DNA of 63,186 nucleotides, filler included, from Asterionella formosa (Eukaryota): NCBI GenBank assembly GCA_002256025.1. It is 15 parts of 15 records of this genome, joined end to end, with 100 filler letters (N's around TTAATTAATTAA, not from the genome) between each part and the next. Parts side by side here need not be neighbours in the genome. Positions count along the whole stretch, not along the records: positions 44,454 to 60,934 come from NKIB01004866.1; positions 61,035 to 62,060 come from NKIB01004867.1; positions 62,161 to 63,186 come from NKIB01004868.1; 12 more parts are not named here. One strand, 5' to 3'. Shown piece by piece: positions 58,101 to 63,186 of this stretch (position 1 is its first letter; each line of letters starts with the position of its first letter). The notes under the pieces were generated by a model. It saw only the letters and a program-made list of their open reading frames with translations, ran no database searches and was not told where the DNA came from. The position numbers and the translations under genes were made by a program.

Positions 58101-59339
58101 CAACGTCGGATGATCAGTAGGAGATGATGTTGGCTCTTTTGTCGGGGTCGATGTGGGTGCTACAGTTGGTACAGCTGTGGGATCCACAGTCGGGGCTAAA
58201 GACGGTGCATCGGTAGGAGGACAACTGGGGTCAGTAGATGATGCCGACGTTGGTTCAAAAATAGGAGAAGCCGTAGTGTCAGCAGTAGGTGTCATTGCAG
58301 GATGATCAGTTGGAGGAACAGTAGGGTCGTCAGTCGGTGCCAACGTCGGGTGACCATTTGGAGAAGATGCTGGCGCTGTTGTCAGGGTCAATGTAGGCGA
58401 ATCAGATGGAGAAGCTGTGGGATCCACAGTCGGGGCCAAAGTAGGTCGATCTGTAGGAAGAAAACTGGGGTCAGTAGATGGTGCTGACGTAGGTTCAAGA
58501 GAAGGAAAAGTAGTAAATGTCATTGTAGGATGATCGGTACGAGAAACTGTAGGCACAGTAGTCAATGCAAACGTAGGATGAATAGTAGGAATAGAGGTTG
58601 GCTCATTTGTTATGCTCAATGCAGGTGCAACAGTCAGGGCAGTCGTAGGGATCAAAATCGGTGTCAAAGTAGGTGTATCGGTAGGAGGACAACTTGGGTC
58701 AGTAGATGGTGCCGAAGTAAGTTCAAAAGTAGAAGAAGCCGTAGGGTCAGCAGTAGGTCCCAATGCTAGATGATCAGTAGGAGAAGCTGTAGGCACAGTA
58801 GTCTGTGCCAACGTCGGATGATCAGTAGGAGATGCTGTTGGCTCTTTTGTCGGGGTCGATGTGGGTGCTACAGTTGGTACAGCTGTGGGATCCACAGTCG
58901 GGGCTAAAGACGGTGCATCGGTAGGAGGACAACTGGGGTCAGTAGATGATACCACCGTCGGTTTAATAGTAGGAGCAGTTGAAGGGTCCTCATTCGTGGG
59001 AAACATAAAATCTGCTCGAGGATCGGTAGTCATTGGTGCAGAAGTCGAGGAGTCTGACGGGCGCCCATTTGGATTAACAGTAGCTATTGGTGCAGAACTC
59101 GCGGAATCTGTTGGGCTCGGAGACGATACAAAGTATGGAGGATTGGTTACAGGGACACTACTAGGGAAAGTAGTTCCAGAAGAAACAGTGGTGGCTTTGA
59201 TTGAAAAATCCAAGATTGAAAGAAGAAAGGGCACTTTTACATTCCTTCTTATCATCAGTGTTGGGGCTTTACGTGGTGGTTGATACAATGACGCTCGGCA
59301 GTTCCCCAGAGAAAAGAGGAGAACTGCGAGCCTTACCAT
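55191..59339 (-). CDS. Large mucin-like type I membrane protein (signal peptide, PT repeats, two SEA-like domains with RR(I/L) sites, TM, acidic tail)
   Basis: Likely start MVRLAVLLFSLG at 59339; PTxxPT repeats with a 708-bp internal duplication; two homologous ~125-aa non-repetitive domains containing LRRRIAQ/LRRRLAQ; TM IYIWIAISVGGAFLFVVSLG. Confidence 0.85.
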   Translation of the reverse strand: MVRLAVLLFSLGNCRASLYQPPRKAPTLMIRRNVKVPFLLSILDFSIKATTVSSGTTFPSSVPVTNPPYFVSSPSPTDSASSAPIATVNPNGRPSDSSTSAPMTTDPRADFMFPTNEDPSTAPTIKPTVVSSTDPSCPPTDAPSLAPTVDPTAVPTVAPTSTPTKEPTASPTDHPTLAQTTVPTASPTDHLALGPTADPTASSTFELTSAPSTDPSCPPTDTPTLTPILIPTTALTVAPALSITNEPTSIPTIHPTFALTTVPTVSRTDHPTMTFTTFPSLEPTSAPSTDPSFLPTDRPTLAPTVDPTASPSDSPTLTLTTAPASSPNGHPTLAPTDDPTVPPTDHPAMTPTADTTASPIFEPTSASSTDPSCPPTDAPSLAPTVDPTAVPTVAPTSTPTKEPTSSPTDHPTLAQTTVPTASPTDHLALGPTADPTASSTFELTSAPSTDPSCPPTDTPTLTPILIPTAALTVAPALSITNEPTSIPTIHPTFALTTVPTVSRTDHPTMTFTTFPSLEPTSAPSTDPSCLPTDRPTLAPTVNPTPTDSPTLKPTKKPTFSPTDHPTLAPTIVPTAFPTDYPTMTPTAEPTGSPTFKPTSSPSIDPSCPPTDAPSLAPTVDPTATPTVAPTSTPTKEPTSSPTDHPTLAPTTEPTASPTHHPTMKPTAEPTAPPTDHPTSTPTAEPSAVPTNYPTLEPTAHPTASPTMHPTSAPTADPTAAPTDYPSSSPTADPTASPTDSPTLKPTANPTASPTMQPTYIPTLRPTAFPTPEPTVLIPTAPTPAPTKAVVYALQANVSVIMALVGAELGDSFTETFLNTSQAFLRNWLRLQVPPVLNVRVTVLNQLLTQSTLRRRIAQATDIIISMMVTGEAVVDNLDLTTMCNNIFDYKGYILVEQLQATNNTSFSQVIALKSLTRTADPSASPSASPSVEPTVNPTSASPTPDPTLAPSNKPTASPTPDPTMTPTTEPTAPPTDYPTKPPTIVPTASSTEHPSLEPTLEPTANPTASLTEHPSLEPTLEPIADPTAYPTLEPTSEPTASPSEHPTLEPTEGPTTAPTDYPTFTPSVGPTTAPIDYPTFTPSAFTLEPALTKVYSLQGNVSVTMAHVVAEMDVSSMETFRNTTEAFLGNWLRLQVPPVSRVKVSVLNQSLSKSTLRRRLAQGTDIIISMLVRGDTKVGDLDLAAICNTIFDDNGIVLVVRLQETKDTAFSQVVTVKSTNYTPVEDGRSKNSPVEGGTAGNGSLNSPAAVSIYIWIAISVGGAFLFVVSLGTMRFIYKKRHEEQEDGEQEEEEEEEMYTWSSPVVPTVVTPHVDFDSNTSVVEKVEKAKLFRRRSREATQPLFDDETHASEITNGEDKSALDMDCACKMLGCTCGLKLAQSM

Positions 59340-61245
59340 TTCGCGTGTATGACTGCTAATATATAAATTGATGATTGTGAGAATGATGCATTCAATTAAC
59401 TTGGTTGTGGAAGGACAATCAGTTCTCGCCCTTATCCAAAGGGTAAATTGTATAAGATTGAGCATCGCATTTTTTAATTCTCGTAATATGCCTTTACCTT
59501 TTACGTTGGACCTTACCGATTACTCTTGCACAAGTGATTACTACAACAACTTATTTCGAAGGATCGCCGTCGTAACGTAAGTACTTGTGTTTGGGATACA
59601 CTGCAGTGATTCTTAGTTTTCTCCCAAAATTCTGAGACAATGGGATTATAGTTTGGCTTTAGTTTGAGGAATAAAAAGCAAGTTTTTGATTAACGATCTT
59701 TTGTGGCCGCTGCATATATTCTGGAATCATATCATCTTATTTTTTATGTAAGACCGACCGATCAGCAAAATCCTCCCTCTCCAACGACTTTTTATCGCTA
59801 AAGCCAAAACGCTTACGTACTGCCCGGGACAAGGACAGAAGATACGTAGTATCATACCGAGTAGCCGGTAATCAAATGAAGGAGTATCATTTTGGCCAAT
59901 CGTCCCTTCTACTTACTAAGTATATGTACATACGTGGATTTTATGCTTTGACTACCGATCAATAAGAGTATATATTTCTTAATATAAAGCAAGATAGAAT
60001 TCATTTGAATATGGGATTCTGTATTTCAAGTACATATCATATATGTGCTATATTTTAGTTAGAGAGATGTTAGCTAAAGACAAAACTTGCTATGAGCATA
60101 CACATAAAGGTACCCGTTATTGAAATTAACTTCTCAAGCGATCATCACATGCTAGCTAAACTTGATCAATTCATGTTCGTCAGGATTCGGCGTCGGTGTC
60201 CTCTTCTACCGGTAATTATTTTTGCATTTCCAGTGAAGGCGACACATTTTATTTAGCAAACCATTCATTGTAATTTTCAAGATGCGTCTGAGTAATAACG
60301 TCAATCAATAATGAGCAGTCTAACCGCTTTTTCCTTTTATTGTCCTCTCTCCGCATTGAAGACATATCGAGGCGGGAAGGGCGAGTTCCTCCTGTTTATG
60401 AAATTTCACATGTACGACTTGCCTAATAATATGTATAATTTGGTATGCATCAAAATGTATGGATAATACGTAGAGACATAATAAGAATATCAGTTGTATT
60501 TATGTACTTGCAGCGTGTGCTGACAGCGAAGACAAAAATTCGTTTATTATGCAAACGTCGGGTACCGGTAGGCTAATAAATAATAATTCAATGTACGGTT
60601 TACGGTCTTTCTTCGTGCCGATCCAGTTGGGAATATACCACCGTTATATATTTTTGCGTGCAGTGATAATACTGGATTACGGGTCATGTTCGTTATTAAA
60701 TTATCATGCATATTTCTCGCCTTGCTCGCCTTGCATGCTTGCAGCATTTTCTGATTCCTCGGTTACGATGTGTTCATGCCATTCTGAATTCGCATACCGG
60801 TACCTCTTACCAGGTTCCGGAAACGGTACCAGTACCTGGTACCAGAGGTACTGGTACTGTATCTGCACTGGAATAAACTGTGTTGACGAGCGACTACAGT
60901 GACTGTTATTAACGAATATGAGCAAGCATTGGCTNNNNNNNNNNNNNNNNNNNNNNNNNNNNNNNNNNNNNNNNNNNNTTAATTAATTAANNNNNNNNNN
61001 NNNNNNNNNNNNNNNNNNNNNNNNNNNNNNNNNNGTGATGACTTTAATATAAATCTATTTTGCAACATTCAAGACCTAGGTACCTGCTCCTTTTTTTCTG
61101 ATTTCTATTGATTATGCTGGATGGCGCAACTCGCAAAGAATTGAAGTATTATCAGAGGTTGCTTTCGGAAAATGACGCGATTTGCTTTCCGCCCCAGGCA
61201 CGATGCTCTACGATGAAAAAATTAAAAGATTGCGAATAGAACAGA

Positions 61246-62046
61246 TTAAGTCCTAAGATAAAGATATTCTTTAAATAACGGAGATGAAGCATACATTGCG
61301 ACCAGTAGAGCGATGCACAAGGTAGTAAAATGAAATGGAGAGTGCTTTTTGCCCGCCGAAAACTGATCAAGGATGAGATGGTCGTCCTTATCAGCCTCGG
61401 GGAACAAGAATTTTTCTGCCAGCTCCAGAGCATCCCGCAAAGCGATATCGGCTCCTTTCCGAAGTCTCCTACTTCCTAGGTCCCACCAGCGACTTTGAAC
61501 CCAACGAGAATCACCTATTAGTGCAACGCGATCAATACCACAGCGTCGGAACATGGAGCGCACTCCATTTGCAGCAACTACAAAATCAAAAGGTCCCTCT
61601 CTATGATAGAGATGACCATCTTTATTTCGAGCGATCACATTGAGGTAAATTCCGTCTTGACGAGACTCCAAATCAAGAACTCTGGTTCGATATTTAATTT
61701 CTTCCAAAATTCTGCTCCTTAATGAAGCCAGCAACTCTTCCTCGGGAATGGAATGCTGATTCTGATCCCATTTCCATTGAAGTCCAATTTTATAGAAAAC
61801 CTGTTCAGCAGAGGGAATATATACGTTTCCCACAATGATTCCAACATCAGGAGCGTCCAGGGCCTCGAAGATCGTTATGTCAATCTTGGACCGTGTTTGG
61901 ATTAGATTTGCGAAAGTCATTCCAGCGTATCCCGAGCCAACAATTGCGATTGATATTTCCCTTCCTTTCTTCGTCCCTTTGTGAGCTACCCTCATGATCG
62001 GATAACTTCTAACATCAGCAGCTGCATCTTCGCATACCGGTTGCAT
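61246..62046 (-). CDS. FAD-binding oxidoreductase (aromatic monooxygenase-like) with C-terminal hydrophobic anchor; may be 5'-partial
   Basis: IAIVGSGYAG..ITIFE Rossmann motif, DFVVAANGVRS, ALIGDS, GADIALRDA. Confidence 0.8.
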   Translation of the reverse strand: MQPVCEDAAADVRSYPIMRVAHKGTKKGREISIAIVGSGYAGMTFANLIQTRSKIDITIFEALDAPDVGIIVGNVYIPSAEQVFYKIGLQWKWDQNQHSIPEEELLASLRSRILEEIKYRTRVLDLESRQDGIYLNVIARNKDGHLYHREGPFDFVVAANGVRSMFRRCGIDRVALIGDSRWVQSRWWDLGSRRLRKGADIALRDALELAEKFLFPEADKDDHLILDQFSAGKKHSPFHFTTLCIALLVAMYASSPLFKEYLYLRT

Positions 62047-62485
62047 GTACGACTTGAGATNNNNNNNNNNNNNNNNNNNNNNNNNNNNNNNNNNNNNNNN
62101 NNNNTTAATTAATTAANNNNNNNNNNNNNNNNNNNNNNNNNNNNNNNNNNNNNNNNNNNNAGGAACCTCTAAACATGATTTCAAATGTATATATAGGCTA
62201 TTTATACATTTATAAAATTTTGTCAACTTATAAATATATAAACATTATGTGTATACTATCATCAATTAAGCTTATACATAATTCAAAAATATACAATGCA
62301 TGAGGATATCATTGTTTTCCACGACCTGATGTAATGTTTTTGAATTTTTCCACATCAATTCTTTTACCTACAAGTAAGCAATTTAATTAAGCCCCTCAAA
62401 TAGTGGGAGTCATACGACATTTTTCATATGGAACAAATCTTAAAATATTGAATGGTAGATGAATCGCTCGAATCAATCGTTATGA

Positions 62486-62797
62486 ATTACAGATCATACC
62501 TCCTGGTTAGAAATGATTGCCAATAAATAAGATCACAGATAAAAAAATTTAGCTTTTTTATCTTACTTTTCACATGAATATATCTTACTACTAAAAAATT
62601 ACAGATCATGCTTTGGTTAGATATCATTGCCAATAAATAAGATCACAGATAATCATTTGTAGCTTTTTTTATCTTACTTTTAACATGAATATATCTTAAC
62701 ACTTAAAAATTACAGATCATACTTTCTGGTTAGATATGATTGCCGATAAATAAGATCACAGATAACAACTTTTAGCTTGTTTGATCTTACTTTCAAC
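62486..62797. repeat. ~112-bp tandem repeat x3
   Basis: AATTACAGATCAT..TGGTTAGA..ATTGCC-ATAAATAAGATCACAGATAA..ATCTTACTTT repeated. Confidence 0.9.
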
Positions 62798-63186
62798 CTA
62801 AGTACGAGGTGACAATAGATATCAATATCACCTTGTTTGTACGAGAACAACGTGTTATTGCGTCCAGGTACCAGGGTACTCATAAATATCTGCCTGATGA
62901 AATGAAAAACGATCGCGACTCATCAGATGATGACCTCTCCTACACTTCCCTACATACCGGTCAAACATATACAGGAAGAAAACGAGACAGGCAACCGAAG
63001 GAGGGGGCGGAGGATCAAAGGAAGTCGCTTACCGGTAGCTACCGGTAGTCTGTACCTGTAGTTTTTTGAATAATAGTAGCACCACGTTTCCTGTAAATTC
63101 CTTATTCTTACGCAGCTAGTACTACGCCTATCTAAACTGCCCATCAAAAACTAATATGACTATGCATTTGTATATTGGTATTCTAG

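Noticed and set aside
56428..59283. Plus-strand ORFs over the mucin gene, and similar antisense ORFs over gag, LRR, PGM and Crypton
   Set aside because: Shadows of repetitive or biased coding sequence on the opposite strand
16495..62160. Recurrent TTAATTAATTAA flanked by Ns as a biological repeat, and gene neighbourhoods across it
   Set aside because: Fixed 100-nt six-frame-stop linker joining unrelated contigs; ORFs containing X runs and cross-linker synteny are artefacts

Overview
Eukaryotic, almost certainly diatom (stramenopile) draft-genome DNA. The window is not one locus: it is 15 unrelated contigs (three of ~16.5 kb, twelve of ~1.03 kb) joined by an artificial 100-nt N44-TTAATTAATTAA-N44 linker, so adjacency across linkers means nothing. 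Contig 1 (1-16494) ends in a (TTAGGG)n telomere. It carries two repeat-sensor/effector genes: a Zn-ribbon/ARM-repeat/IRAK-Pelle-like kinase whose 5' end is cut by a Copia LTR, and an LRR/Sel1/3-TM protein bracketed by a 36-bp direct repeat. Both end in the same hairpin-rich 3' module associated with telomere-like repeats; this is the best candidate for an undescribed system. The Copia at the window start has an apparent self-priming (Tf1-like) primer site and an in-frame UGA between gag and protease. The rest comprises decayed transposons (Copia, Crypton-type tyrosine recombinase, Kolobok, Harbinger, TA-targeting MITEs), pervasive GGTACC(A/T) arrays, housekeeping or membrane genes (CDF transporter, UNC-50, claudin-like protein, two phosphoglucomutase haplotigs, an FAD oxidoreductase) and two mucin-like surface proteins. 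All family assignments are from motif recognition by eye; no database search was run.
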